Below, piece by piece: positions 12,644-23,936 of a stretch of DNA of 64,000 nucleotides. Origin of the DNA: Cyanophora paradoxa CCMP329 (lineage: Eukaryota > Plantae > Glaucophyta); the NCBI GenBank assembly GCA_004431415.1, contig QPMI01000210.1, positions 62,001-126,000 of the forward strand, written 5' to 3'. The position numbers and the translations under genes are program-made. Each line of letters begins with the position of its first letter. The stretch's first letter is position 1. The notes beneath the pieces were generated by a model. It saw only the letters and a list, made by a program, of their open reading frames with translations. It was not told where the DNA came from and searched no databases.

Positions 12644-15600
12644 ATGCACGGCCGTCGGGCATCACCGGCCCCGCCGGCAAGCGGGCCTAGCAGCGGCAAG
12701 ACGACGCCACGCGCTGGGTCGTTTTCCGTAGCGTCGACCTCAGCGTCTCCCATGAAGGCGCCTCAGCCGCCGGAGGAGGCGCACACGCCGGGCTCGGGCC
12801 GGCCGCCCCGCTCGCGCTCGATCGAGCCCAAGGGGCACGCTATCTCGGACTGGAAGAAACTTCCCCACGTCAGGCGCGACCGCGTGCGGCGCCGCGCGCC
12901 GGGAGCGCTGACGGCGAACGCGGCAGGACGGACAGCGGCGTGGACTTCGACAGCGCCCTGCAGGAGCTCCTCGCCTCCCTCCCGCCGCAGGCGCCCCAGG
13001 TGCAGGCGGGTCTGCCCGCCTCGCCGCTGCGCCCGCGCCCGCCCCGCGAGGCGGCCGCGGCGGAGGAGCCGGCCCCGCCCCCGGAGGCGCCCCCGCCGCC
13101 CGCCCTGCCGCACCCCCCTCCGGAGGCGGACGACGCGGCGCGATACGAACCCTTTCCGCTGCGCGCCAAGTCGCGGCGGCAGCGGAAGAAGGAGGAGCCC
13201 GAAGCCGCCGGCGCGCCGCCCCCCGCCGCACACCCGCCGGCCCTCACGTCCCCCCCCCCCCCCCCCCCAGCAGAGGCGGCGGTGCTGGCGTGGGGGTACA
13301 ACGGCTTCGGGCAGGCGGGGGCGGAGCCGCCGGAAAGCGTGGCGACACCGCGGGCGGTGGCGGTGGCGCTGGGGGCGGGGTGCGGGTGCGGGCGGTGGCG
13401 GCGGGCCAGTTCCACTCTGCCCTCCTCGCCGAGGACGGGGCCGTGTGGACCTGGGGCCGCGGCTCCGCCGGCCAGCTCGGCCACGGGCCCTACCCCGGCG
13501 ACCTCCCCGCGCCCCGCCGCGTCGCCCTCCCCGCGCCGCACGCCGGGGCGCGGGTGCGGCAGGTGGCGTGCGGGGCGTTCCACACGGTGGCGCTGCTGCC
13601 GCGGGCCCTCCTCGCCTGGGGCTCCTCCTCCCACGGCCAGCTCGGCCTCGGCTCCTCCGACACCGAGTGGGCCCCGCGCCCCGTCCCCGCTCTCTCCTCC
13701 GGCCTCCTCGTCCGCCCCGCCCCCGGCCCCGCCCCGCGAAGCGCTTCGGACTGAGCGGGGCGGCAGCTGAAGGGGGCGGCGTGCGGGTTCCGGCACACGC
13801 TGGTGCTGGCGGCGGCCGGCGACTCGAGCCGCGTCTTCGCCTTCGGGGACGGCTCCGGGGGCCAGCTGGGCCTCGGCTCGGCCCCCGAGCGGGTGCTGGA
13901 GCCGGCGGCCGTGGCCTCGCTGGCGGCGCACCGCGTGGTGGCCCTCGCCGCCGGGGACCGCCACTCGGTCGCCGTCACCGAGGCCGGCCTCGTCCTCACC
14001 TGCGGGGACGGCACCTACGGCCGCCTCGGGCTCGGCCCCGGGGCCCCGCGCCAGCAGAACACCTTCCGCCTCGTCGAGGCCCTCGAGCGCGCCTCGCCGG
14101 CCGGCGGCGCCGTCCTCGTCGCGCAGGCCGCCGCCGGGGGCGCCACCACCGCCCTCCTCTCCCGTCCGCCCCGCCCGCCCCGCCCGCCCCGCCTCCGCCG
14201 CGTCTCCCAGGGCGAGCTCGTGCGCAGGCGAGGGCCGCCTCTACTGCTTCGGCTCCGGCACGCACGGGCAGGTGGGGGACGGGGCGGGGGCCGACCGCCC
14301 GGAGCCCGTCCCCGTGGCGACCCCGCCCGACGCCGGCCGCGTCGCCCGCGTCGCAGTCGGCGAGGACCACGCCCTCGCCCTCACCGGCGCGCCCTTTCCT
14401 CCTCCCCCCGCCCCTGGCGCCCCTCACGCCGCGCTGCCGCCTCAGAGTCGGGTCGGCTCCTCGTCTGGGGCCGCGGGGCGAACGGGCGGCTGGGGCTCAG
14501 GCCCGAGGGGCCGGCCTCGTGCCCGCGCCCCGCCCCCGTGCCGGATCTCGTGGGGGCGCGCCTCGCCGACGTGGCGGCCGGCGGGGGCCACTCCCTCGCC
14601 CTCGCCCTCGCCCCCGGGGGCGGGGCGGAGCGGGGGGCCCGAGGAGGCGGGGCGGAGGCGGGCGCCGGGGCGGCGTTCGAGGGGCCGGGCCTCTCGCGGG
14701 CGGCGTGCGGCGCGGAGGCCTCCTTCCTCGTGCGCCCCGCCTCCGAGCGCGCCCGCCGCGCCCTCGCCGCCGGCTCCCTCCGCTTCGCCCTCGAGCCGCC
14801 CCCGCCGCCCCCGCCCGAGCCCGGGGCGCCCCGCGCGCCCGCCCTCGCCGCCGCCGGCGGTGCGGCTGGTGGAGCGGCCAGACGGGACGCTGCGGGGCTC
14901 GTACGTCGCCCGGCGCCCGGGGGCGCACGTCCTGCGCCTGCTGGCCCGGAGGGGAGCCCCTCGCCGAGTTCCTCGTGGCCGCCGAGCCGGGCCCCCGCGC
15001 GGCCCGCCTCCGAGGCCTCCGGGCCCGGCCTCCTCGCCGCCGCCCCCGCCGGCCGCTGGTCCCACTTCTCCCTCCTCCTCCGAGACGCCTGCGGCAACGC
15101 GCGCCCCAGCGGCCGCCCCGGCGAGCGCCCGCCGGCGCTCCTTGTGACGGCCGGCGAGCGGGGGGCGGAGGCGCGGGTGGCCCCCGGGGCGGAGGGGCGC
15201 TGGGCGTGCTCCTACCGCTGCCCGGCCCCCGGCGTCTACCGCCTCGCCCTCGCCGTCGGGGGCGAGGCCGGGGAGGCGGTCGCGGGGAGCCCCTTCTACG
15301 TGACCTGCGAGCAGGGCGGCGTCGAGCCGCTGCGCTGCACCGCCTCCGGCCCCGGCCTCGCCCGCGCCGTCGCCGGCCAGGAGGCCCGCTTCTCCATCGC
15401 CGCCGCCGACGCCGCCGGCTGCCCCATGTCTGCCCTCCCCCCCTCCCCCTCCTCGGCCCGGCTGAGGCGGCGCAGGGCCCAGGGCGGGGAGGTCTTCGAG
15501 GTGGCCGTGGAGGCGGTGGAGGCGGCCCCCGAGGGGAGCGCCTGGGAGGGGCCCGCCGCCGTCCCCGCCGCCGTCCAGGACCGCGGGGACGGCAACTACG

Positions 15601-17299
15601 CCGTGACCTTCGTCCCCCGCCGCGCCGCCCGGTCCCTTCGCCCCGCCCTCGCCCTGGCCCCGCTCACGGGCGGGCGCGCAGGCACGAGGTGCGGGTGCGG
15701 GCGGGGGGCGGGGGCGAGATCGCCGGCTCGCCCTTCTTCTGCGCGGTGGCCCCGGGGCCGCTCTGCGGGGCGCGCTGCGGGGCGGCCGGCCCCGGGCTCG
15801 AGGCCTGCCTCGCCGGCGGGCCGGCATCCCGGGCCCCGAGGCCGCCTTCGAGATCGTCGCCCGGGACGCCTTCGTGCGCCCGCGCGCCCCCCGCTTCCCC
15901 CGCGCTGCGCTGAGCGGGGCCAGGGGAACGTGCGGGGGCGGGGGGCGACGCCTTCTCCCTGCGCGTCCTCCTCGAGGCGGCCGGCGAGCCCGGCCGCCCC
16001 GCCCCGGCGCCCGAGCCCGAGGCCGCCGTCGCCGACGCGGGCAACGGCCGCTACCGCGCGAGCTTCCGCGTCGGCCGCCCCGGCGTCTACACGGTCGAGG
16101 CCCGCCCCCGCGCCCCCGCCTCTCCTCCCGCCCCGCCCCTCAGGCGCGCCGCTCGCGCAGGTCGCGGCGATCCCGTCGGGAGAGGCGGTGGCGGGGGCCC
16201 CTTCCGCGTCCCCGCCGCCCTCGCCGCCGCCCGCCGCTGGCACGACTGCGGCGAACTCGGGTGCGCTCTGCCTTTCTCCCCGGCCCCCGCCCGCCGGCCC
16301 GACGCCGGGGGCCAGCTTCGACGAGGAGCTGCCGGACGGCTTCGCGGAGGTGCCCCCGGGGGCGCCCTTCCGCCTCTGGGGCGGGGGCAGCGCGCCGGGC
16401 TTCGAGGCGCTGCGGGCCGCCGAGCTCGGCCCCGCCGCCCGCCCCCGCCCCTCGTCCTCTGCGTCGAGGCGGCGCGCGACGGGCCCCTCGCGGCGGCCCT
16501 CGCCTGCGCCGCGGCGCTGCTGCCCGCCGTCTCCCGCCCCGAGGCCCGCGCCGCCCTCCTCGCCCTCCTCGTCGCCGCCTGGACCGGCGGATGCGCCCCC
16601 TCCGCCCCGCCCGCCCGGCCCCCGCCCGGTGCCGGCCCCGCCGGCCCCGCCCCGCGCCCTCTCCCGCTCCCGCTCCCCGTCGCCCCCAACGGCGCCCGTG
16701 CCGCCCCTCCCGCTGGCCCTCGACGGCCTCGCCGCCCCTCCCCGCCCGCCGAGCGGCCGGTTCGCTGCCGCGCGCTCGGCGCGCTCGGGGGGCCGGCGGC
16801 GCCCTCGCCGCCCTCGCCGGCCCCGTGGCGGAGCGGGAGCCTCGCCCTGGGGGCCCCCGACGAGGGCGGCCCCGCCCTCGCCCCTTCCTCCTCCACCGCC
16901 GCCCTCCTTGGCCTAGGCCTCTCCCCCGCACCCTCCGCTCCAGATTCCGCGGCCAGCGCTTCCCCACCTGCGCCGCCCCCTTTGAGGCCCCGCGGCCCGC
17001 CGCTTCACGGGGCCTGGGCCCTCGGAGCGGCGGCGGCGGAGGACCGGCCGGAGCTGCGGCCCCGGCTGCGGGCGCTCCTCTTCAAATTCCTGGCAGACCG
17101 CTGCGGCCTCGCCTGCCGCCTTTCGCGCCCTGCCGGCCCCGGCCCCGGTCCGCCCTGCGTCGCCGTGCAGGCTCCCGGCGGGCCCATCCTTCTCGTCGAC
17201 CTCGCCTCCGCCCCGGGCAGCCTCCTCCCGCTCCCCTCCGCGGCCGCTGACGCTGCACTCGCCGCCGCCCGTACTTTCTCCAGCCCGGAGCATGCATAG
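12644..17299 (+). CDS. Large protein with RCC1 repeats followed by filamin/ABP280 Ig-like repeats
   Basis: RCC1 motifs VLAWGYNGFGQ, AAGQFHSALLAEDGAVWTWGRGSAGQLGHG, VFAFGDGSGGQLGLG. Filamin motifs CTASGPGLARAVAGQEARFSI, VQDRGDGNYAVTFVP, IAGSPF. Start and end are approximate. Confidence 0.75.
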
Positions 17300-17622
17300 C
17301 GGGCCGGGAGTACTGTTATACGCACGACTACGGTATACGTAGGCACGTGCACTAGAACTAGTACTGGTACCGCGGGTAGCGCGGGTATACGTAGCGGGCG
17401 CGGAATTCGGGATTTCATCGAAATCCCCCGGCCGCGGGGTACACCGGGCTCGCGATCGGCATCTTCTACCCCAAATGCGCCGCCTCGGCGGGCCGGCCGG
17501 CAGCTGCGCCGCGGCCCGTACGCGCTATACGCATGCAGCGCGAGTCAAAGCGCCGCACGCGCGCAAATCGAGCCAGCTGCAGCTAGCTAGCATGTGACTC
17601 AGTGAGCTGCAAAGCGCTTTCC

Positions 17623-20181
17623 ATGCGTCCAAAACGCTCGCGGGACGGCGAGGAGCCGGAGCTGCAACTGCCCGCGACCAGCGCCGATCCGGAACCGGAG
17701 CGGCTACAGCTTCGCGGACCCCGGCAGGTGCACGAAGCGCTCGAAAATGTGGCGCGCACAATCGACCTCATCATCGCCGCCCTCGTCTCGTTCCGCGTCG
17801 TTGACCTCAACGTTGACCTCGATGCCGTCCAGCCTCTCGCTCCCGTGCCCGACACGCTGCTCGACTCGTTCGAGCCGCGTCTATCCGTCATGGACGACTC
17901 CGACGCAGCCAGCGCGCCGCAGCCGCCGCCGCCGCGCTCGTGGAGGCTCTGGCCGCCGCCGGCGGCCGCGGAGGGCCTGATCGTGCTGTGCGCAACGCAG
18001 TGGGCCCTGCCGCCCTACCGCGTGCGCTTTTTCGAGGCGGAGCGCATTCTCGCCAACGTCGCGGCGGCCGCCGAGACTCTCCGCATCTGCCCGTCCTCCG
18101 ACCCCGAGCTGCCCTTTTGCCGCTCCCGCCTCGCCAACGCCCTCGCCGACGCCCGCCTCCTCGGCACATCTCTCTTCCGCACCCTCGCCGGCCGCTCCCG
18201 CCTGCGCGACCACTTCCGCGTCCTGCGCGAGTCCTCCCGTGCCGAGGGCAGCCCCGTGGGGGCCCGCATGGCGCGCCGCCCCGCCCCGTGCGCGCCCGCC
18301 GCGCTGAAGAGGGCGCGGCAGGTACGGGCGGTGGTGCGGGCGCTGGCGGAGAGCCTCCTGCAGCCGCTGCCTGCCCCGCCCGACGCGCCCGGGCTGCCCG
18401 GGCCCGGCTGGACCGCCTCGGACGCCGAGGTCCGGCCCCGCGCGCCCCCGCCGCCGCCCCCGCCGCCCCCGCCGCCGACGCCGAGCGCGCCGCAGGTGCT
18501 CGTCGACCATTGCTTCGCCCTCGCTCGGGTGCGTGCGCCCCGCGAGCGCGGCGCGGCGCGGCGCGGCGCCGACCGGGCGGGGCGGGGCGGTAGGGGGCGA
18601 CGTGGGAGGCCCCGAGCGCGCCGCCCGACCTGTTCGAGCTGGAATGGGCCGATGCCGAGCGGGCGCGCCCCGGGCCCCGCCGCGCGCCCCCTCCCGGCCG
18701 CCCTGACGGCCCGCCCGCGCAGCTCGCGAGGCGGGCGGACGAGCTCTCGCTGCCGTACGCGGCGGACGTCGACAGGGGCTGCCGGCAGCTGCGCGCCAAG
18801 GCGCTGTGCCTGCGGGCGTTCCTGTGGGACCAGTTCTGGCGGGGCGAGGAGGCGCTGGATGCGGCGTGCGGGGCGCTGGCGGAGCTGCGGCGGCGGCAGC
18901 TCGCCCCGGGGCCCCTCGAGGCCGAGCTCCTCTCCCGCCGCGCCATGCTCCAGCGTACGCGCCCCCGCGCCGCCCCCGCAGCCCTTCGCCTTCGCTCTTA
19001 CGCGCGCGGGCGCGCAGTGCGGCTGAGCGACTTCGCCGGCGGCTTCGCGGCGGCGGAGGAGGTCTACAGCGCGGGGGAGACCGAAGAGGAGGCCCTCTAC
19101 AGCGCCTACCTCCAGCACCGCGCCACCGGTGCCCTCCTCGCCGGCCCCCGCTGCCCCGCCCCGCCCGGCGAAGGGAGCCGCGTTCCGGCAGCGTGGGCGG
19201 CGCTGCTGAACAACGAGGGGGAGCGGGGCGTGCGCGCGGCCGACGCCGTCCTCGAAGCCGCGGAGCGCCTCGGAGAGGCGGGTCGGTGCGCGCCGCCCGC
19301 GCCGCGACCCGCGCTGGCCGGCCTCGCCCACTCCCGCCCCGCCTCGCGATGGGACGGGGGCGGCAGGCTGCTGCTGCCGTCGGCGCTGCAGGAGCTGAGC
19401 CTGGGGTGCGAGCTGGAGGGGAGCTGGCGCCGCGTCATCGGCGTCTTCCGCCGCAATCTGGCCAGCTTCGAGCAGGCGCCCGCCCGCCCGCGCCCGCGCG
19501 GCCCCCGCGCCCCCCGCCCCCACTCCGCCTCACCCCACGCCGCGCACCGCGCGCAGCTCGAGGACCCGTCGCTTCCCGTGCACGACATGTGCGCCCCCTA
19601 CAGCTTCATGAAGTGGATCGTGCGCCCCGGCGTCTGCTGCCGCCCGCCCCCCCCGCCCCGCCCCGCCCCGCGCTCACCCGCCCTCCCGCGGCAGTCGCCC
19701 AGGGCGAACCTCTCGGCGACGCGCGTCATCATTTTCCTCCTGCCCAAGGTGCGCAGGCCAAGGGGCGCGGGGGCGGGACGGCGGTCCACATCGCGAACGA
19801 CGCACGGCTCTGCGCGGGCGCGTAGGGCTGGGAGGGCCGCCGCGTCTCCCCCATCGTCGCCCACGCGCACATGTACGCCGCCGAGCTCCTCGCCGACGCA
19901 GGTACCCCCCTGCGCTTGCTTCCCCCCGAGCGGCGTGCTGAGCGGGGGCGGCAGGGAGGACGGCTGAGGCGGCGCAGCACCTGCGGGCGGCTGTGGACGA
20001 GTACGAGACGCGCTTCCCGCACATCTACTTCGATGAGCACCCGCGGATGCGGCGCCTGCGCGAAGCCATGAGCGCCCTGCGCGCCCCGAAGGCATCCCGC
20101 CCCTCCCGCGGTCTCTCGCGTGCCCCCTGCCGCTGGCGCCTCTCCACACCCCACGCCGAGGAGGCAGAGGAGGCGGACTAA
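17623..20181 (+). CDS. Spliced hypothetical protein
   Basis: Long protein-like first exon (VHEALENVARTIDLIIAALVSFRVV..), further exons split by typical short introns, last exon DEYETRFPHIYFDEHPRMRRLREAM, stop at 20179-20181. No family recognised. Confidence 0.5.
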
Positions 20182-20330
20182 TTATGTAATAAGTATATAT
20201 ATAGGAGGGCCATCAATGGGCCAAACGCGAAAAGTCAACTCCGAGAGCTCGAGACTCGGAAGTGACGCTTGGATTGCGGAGGTTCTTATAACCGCCGCAA
20301 CAGCTGTGGGGGTACCCCCTCCGAGGCTGG

Positions 20331-20440
20331 CGATCGCGGCGATCACGAGCCGATCGCGACCCTGGTGATCGCGATTTTCTCCCGATCGCGACCCTTTTCG
20401 ATCGCGATTTCGAGATCGGGGGCATTTCTGCGATCGCGAG
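20331..20440. repeat. Array of GATCGCG motifs with ~16-bp periodicity
   Basis: GATCGCG at 20332, 20352, 20367, 20384, 20400 and 20432. Confidence 0.75.
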
Positions 20441-20582
20441 AAAGGAAAAATCGGAAAAGGCCGAAAAGTGCGTTTTTCACGCGTGAAATCGATCGAAAAC
20501 GAGGGTTCGAATCCGTGGTCCGGATTTGGACTTGGGCAAAATCTCGAGTCAAAATGGGAGAAAATGGGACCTAGGACCTTGG

Positions 20583-20617
20583 TGCTTGATGCTTGGTGCT
20601 TGATGCTTGGGGCTTGG
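20583..20617 (+). repeat. Heptamer tandem repeat (K)GCTTG(R) x5
   Basis: tgcttga tgcttgg tgcttga tgcttgg ggcttgg. Confidence 0.8.
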
Positions 20618-20676
20618 GAAGAGTTGGAATCAGAGTCTGGACCCAAAAGCGGGGAAATTTTCGGACGGGGAGAAAA

Positions 20677-21147
20677 ATGTCAGGCAATCTCTATTACGAT
20701 TTTCCCTTTGAGTTGAATATGGCATTCGAGAGGTTGCGCGAGTTCTGGCGTTGGCACCTCACAGGACATGACATTCCCGACATAACACCAGAGCCCAACA
20801 CACAGGGCGTGCTTGAAGTCATCCGTCAATATCCGCGTCGATTCAATGAATGGATTGAGTTCCACGCAACGAACCGTTTCCAGAGTCTCCCCGAGGCCAT
20901 ACGCGAAAATTTCGTGAGGCTGGTGGGACCAGGCTACGACAACCCTAACAATCATAGACCACGCCCAGCTGGCGTGACGCGCGAAGCTCGAGAAGACCGT
21001 AGACTTTTCCGCAGGGAATTGAGAGAGGATAGACGGAGGCTTTCAATGGGGCTCCCGCAGATTGTGAGGGGGTACAGCCCGGATTACGAGACTTACCAAG
21101 AATTGTACGGCTTCGAAAATCCCTTTGAGAGGGTACTACCAGGGTGA
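20677..21147 (+). CDS. Intronless hypothetical protein (156 aa) in the viral-like island
   Basis: ATG at 20677 follows an A-rich context. Balanced composition (MSGNLYYDFPFELNMAFERLREFWRWHL..) and codon use that is AT-richer than host genes. Confidence 0.6.
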   Translation: MSGNLYYDFPFELNMAFERLREFWRWHLTGHDIPDITPEPNTQGVLEVIRQYPRRFNEWIEFHATNRFQSLPEAIRENFVRLVGPGYDNPNNHRPRPAGVTREAREDRRLFRRELREDRRRLSMGLPQIVRGYSPDYETYQELYGFENPFERVLPG

Positions 21148-21487
21148 GGGGCCAGGGGGGGCCCCTGAGGGTGTACCCCCGGCCCGAGACTCGACCTTCG
21201 GCGGACGCACTCGGGCGATTTCCGTCAGGCCGGCTCCCTTTTTCTGCCTTCGGCCCAACGCTAAATTTGGCTTTTTTCAGGCCAGTTGGCAACGTTTTCC
21301 GTTGCGAACTAGACCGCGAAAAAAATCGCCCACAAAACCGCGGTCCGCCGCCATTTTGGCTCACTCTTGAAACGGGTTCGCCGCCTTCTCTCAGCCCAAG
21401 GAATCCCCGCCTCTCCGAATTTTCACAAGTCCGCTCTCTCAGTCACCTCACGTTTTGCCTTTGCTGATCTCTCTTCCCTTTGCGCAG

Positions 21488-21810
21488 ATGTCGATTCCCT
21501 CTGAGCTTGTCGAGGACCTTGCCAAGGCCCGTGAGATGTGGGCTAAGTCCCGCGATTGGCCTACCCGTGAAATGGAGAAGCGTGCCCGCAAGCTGGGGTA
21601 CCTCTACCAAGCTCACAGCGGAGAAGGCTTCCATACCATCAACCTCAACTTTGTATCCATACCACTGCATCGCAGACTGCAATTCAGACAGCCTTCCAGG
21701 CCATCGTCCGGAACACGGAGAACAGGCAGATTGCCATGCTCGCGGAAACGAACGCCCGGAAGGCGGAGATGTTCGACCAAGCAGCCCAGGCGCTCCGACT
21801 CGGCCAGTAA
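21488..21810 (+). CDS. Hypothetical helical protein (~99 aa) requiring a 23-nt intron or a frameshift
   Basis: MSIPSELVEDLAKAREMW..NLNF joins in frame to TAIQTAFQAIVRNTENRQIAMLAE..LRLGQ* if 21653-21675 (GT..AG) is removed. Confidence 0.4.
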
Positions 21811-21832
21811 TTTCTGAGGCACGCGCAAGCAC

Positions 21833-22162
21833 ATGGCAGCGGTGGAGGCGACGCTGGGCGAGCAGATCGAGGTGCGCTGGGGTCGCTTCCTCGACCTGCT
21901 GGAGCCGGAGGCCAAGGAGCCGGGGGTACGGGCACAGATTCAGTCCCTGCGCGGCATAGGCGCCACGGCGGTCATCGTTCTATTTAGGAGGCACATCAAC
22001 GCGGAGGCCGAATTCATTAAGGCACGGGACGATCAAGTTTTCGCGAAACTGCCGCAGGAGTACGCCTCGGCCGTGCGCTCGCTCTTCTACGGGAGCGGGC
22101 CCGAGCTGCGCGAGAAGCTGTGGCTTTACATCGAGCTCTTCGTCGAGCTGACGTCGGAGTAA
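21833..22162 (+). CDS. Small helical protein resembling a conserved Nucleocytoviricota hypothetical family
   Basis: Intronless 109 aa. The FIKARDDQVF...ELREKLWLYIELFVEL pattern recalls the I..RDE.FF...KE.IW.YL..L family of large DNA viruses (recognised from memory). Confidence 0.6.
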   Translation: MAAVEATLGEQIEVRWGRFLDLLEPEAKEPGVRAQIQSLRGIGATAVIVLFRRHINAEAEFIKARDDQVFAKLPQEYASAVRSLFYGSGPELREKLWLYIELFVELTSE

Positions 22163-22185
22163 ATTTCTAAGGGGCAAGCGTAACC

Positions 22186-22989
22186 ATGGACCCCTCTTCC
22201 ATGCTGGGCTTCGACGCGCTGGCCGTGGACGGGCCGAACCCCGTGGGGATCCCGCAGCCTCGGAAGAAGGGCCGCCCCGCGAAGGAAGGCAAGGAAAAGG
22301 GCGAGAAGGCGCCGAAGGCCGACAAGACGGCGCTGCCGGGCGACGGGCCCACGGTGCCGCCGACGGCGCCGAGCAAGGGGGCGAGCTTCAGCGTGCAGGA
22401 GCACATCGAAATGACGAAGAAGAAAGAGCAGAGCGTGAAAAAGGCGCTGGGGATCGACCTGCAGGAGAAGCCGCGCGACGAGGCGCAGACGGATGTGGAC
22501 GAGAAGAAGCAGGTTCTGCGTCAGATCGCGCAGTACAGGCGCTCGTTCGGGGGCGAGCTTACGTCCACGAAGAAGCTGAGCCTCGCGACGCCGCTGGACG
22601 AGCTGAAGGAAGAGTACGAGGAAATTCAGCGCGAGCTGAGCACGCGGGGTTCGCTGGAGGCGGCGCGCCTCTTTCTGATCGCGGGCATGCACTCGCTGGA
22701 GCACCTCAACAAGGCGTACGATCCGATCGGCCTGAAGCTCGACGGGCTCGGGCAGGCGACGCTCTCTTCGATGGACCAGGTGCAGCCGATCTTAGAGGAG
22801 CTGGTGATCAAGTACTCGCGCTACGTGACCCTGGGGCCCGAGGCGCGCCTGGGGATGGCCCTGGTGCAGACGGTGCTGGCGGTGCACGCGGCCAACGCGA
22901 ACCCGGAGATGATAAAAGAGGTGACGGAGGCGGCGGCCTCGACGGCGGCGGAGCCCAAGGCGGTGGGCGGCAAGTTCAACGGCCTTTGA
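22186..22989 (+). CDS. Nucleocytoviricota conserved protein, DUF5767-like
   Basis: Intronless 267 aa. LDELKEEYEEI..SLEHLNKAYDPIGLKLDGL..ILEELVIKYS..LGPEARLGMAL..VHAAN parallels the NCLDV motif series EM..EYE..IEFLN..FDPF..KLDGW..FEEL..KY...PE.RL...H (from memory). Confidence 0.7.
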   Translation: MDPSSMLGFDALAVDGPNPVGIPQPRKKGRPAKEGKEKGEKAPKADKTALPGDGPTVPPTAPSKGASFSVQEHIEMTKKKEQSVKKALGIDLQEKPRDEAQTDVDEKKQVLRQIAQYRRSFGGELTSTKKLSLATPLDELKEEYEEIQRELSTRGSLEAARLFLIAGMHSLEHLNKAYDPIGLKLDGLGQATLSSMDQVQPILEELVIKYSRYVTLGPEARLGMALVQTVLAVHAANANPEMIKEVTEAAASTAAEPKAVGGKFNGL

Positions 22990-23043
22990 TTGTAAACGCT
23001 TGTAATCAATTGCACCAGAGAATTTACAATTTATTCGTCTAAA

Positions 23044-23826
23044 CTACTGCATGGGGGTGGTGTACATAGACTCGGGGTTTAGGTAGGGCTCGAAATCGGC
23101 CTCGTTGTCGTAGGGCTTGAAGGCCAGCTCGGGCGTGCGGCCGGCGAAGCGAAAGGCGCCGACCTTGCACTGCTGCACTGCGAGGAAGGACCACTTGAGG
23201 CCGAACTTGCCCTCGGGGATGGCGTAGGCGGTGTCGATTTTAACGAGGGCCGCCACCAGGTCTCCGGTGCCGATGGTGGCGCGCTCGGTGATGAGGTAGT
23301 TGGACATGTCGACGACTGGGATCGTCTTGCGCTTGCCCGCCATCGTCTGCGTGCGGATGCGCATGTTGAGGTACTTGTAGAAGGCCTGGCCCGACTCCTT
23401 GTCGACCTTGATGCGCACGCTGGGCGTCTGCAGCACCGAGATCTGATCCTTGGAGAGGGCGCGCCCGGGCGAGACCTTGAGCTTGGCCTGGTTCTGCTGC
23501 ACGAACTCGCAGAATTTCGCGTCCAGGGCCTCCAGCAGCTTGAGGAACTCGTCCGCGGCTGGGTTCGTCTGGCCGTCGACGGCGCTGAGATCGGTGAGGT
23601 CCAGCGTGTAAAATCCGCCGTTTTCTTCCATGACGAAGGCCTTCTTCTCGTCGCTCCAAGCCTTGCCTTGCTCGGTGTTGATGCAGGGGTTGATGGTGAC
23701 CATGGGCGGCGCGTACATCATGAGGCCCTGCAGGCCGTCGTACTTGGCCTTGATGCGGCCGTTGGCATCGATTTCGAAGGCGAGCTTGGCGGGGTCGATC
23801 TCGGTGGCGCTGCGGACGGTGGCCAT
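23044..23826 (-). CDS. NCLDV-type single-stranded DNA-binding protein (DUF2738 / T7 gp2.5-like OB fold)
   Basis: Intronless 260 aa with FLKLLEALDAKF, PSVRIKVDKESGQAFY, GDLVAALVKI..GKFGLKWSFLAVQ and an acidic/aromatic C-terminal tail, the motif order typical of this SSB family. Confidence 0.75.
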   Translation of the reverse strand: MATVRSATEIDPAKLAFEIDANGRIKAKYDGLQGLMMYAPPMVTINPCINTEQGKAWSDEKKAFVMEENGGFYTLDLTDLSAVDGQTNPAADEFLKLLEALDAKFCEFVQQNQAKLKVSPGRALSKDQISVLQTPSVRIKVDKESGQAFYKYLNMRIRTQTMAGKRKTIPVVDMSNYLITERATIGTGDLVAALVKIDTAYAIPEGKFGLKWSFLAVQQCKVGAFRFAGRTPELAFKPYDNEADFEPYLNPESMYTTPMQ

Positions 23827-23936
23827 GGTTGCGTTAGCTTAGAGTGTGCTTCAGCCTAAGGCTAGAAAATATTTGAGGTCGCCCCGCCCGACTTCAGCTG
23901 AGCGCTCAGGTGATTCAGGTAAAACACGTGTTCAAT

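Noticed and set aside
8160-17000. Frame breaks in stomatin (~8180), F-box/LRR and RCC1-filamin genes as pseudogenisation or recoding
   Set aside because: They fall in or near G/C homopolymers and are most simply long-read indel errors or unrecognised short introns.
20329-20440. Cyanobacterial HIP1 (GCGATCGC) indicating endosymbiotic DNA transfer
   Set aside because: Only two exact octamers occur, embedded in a local periodic array, and neighbouring ORFs are not cyanobacterial-like.
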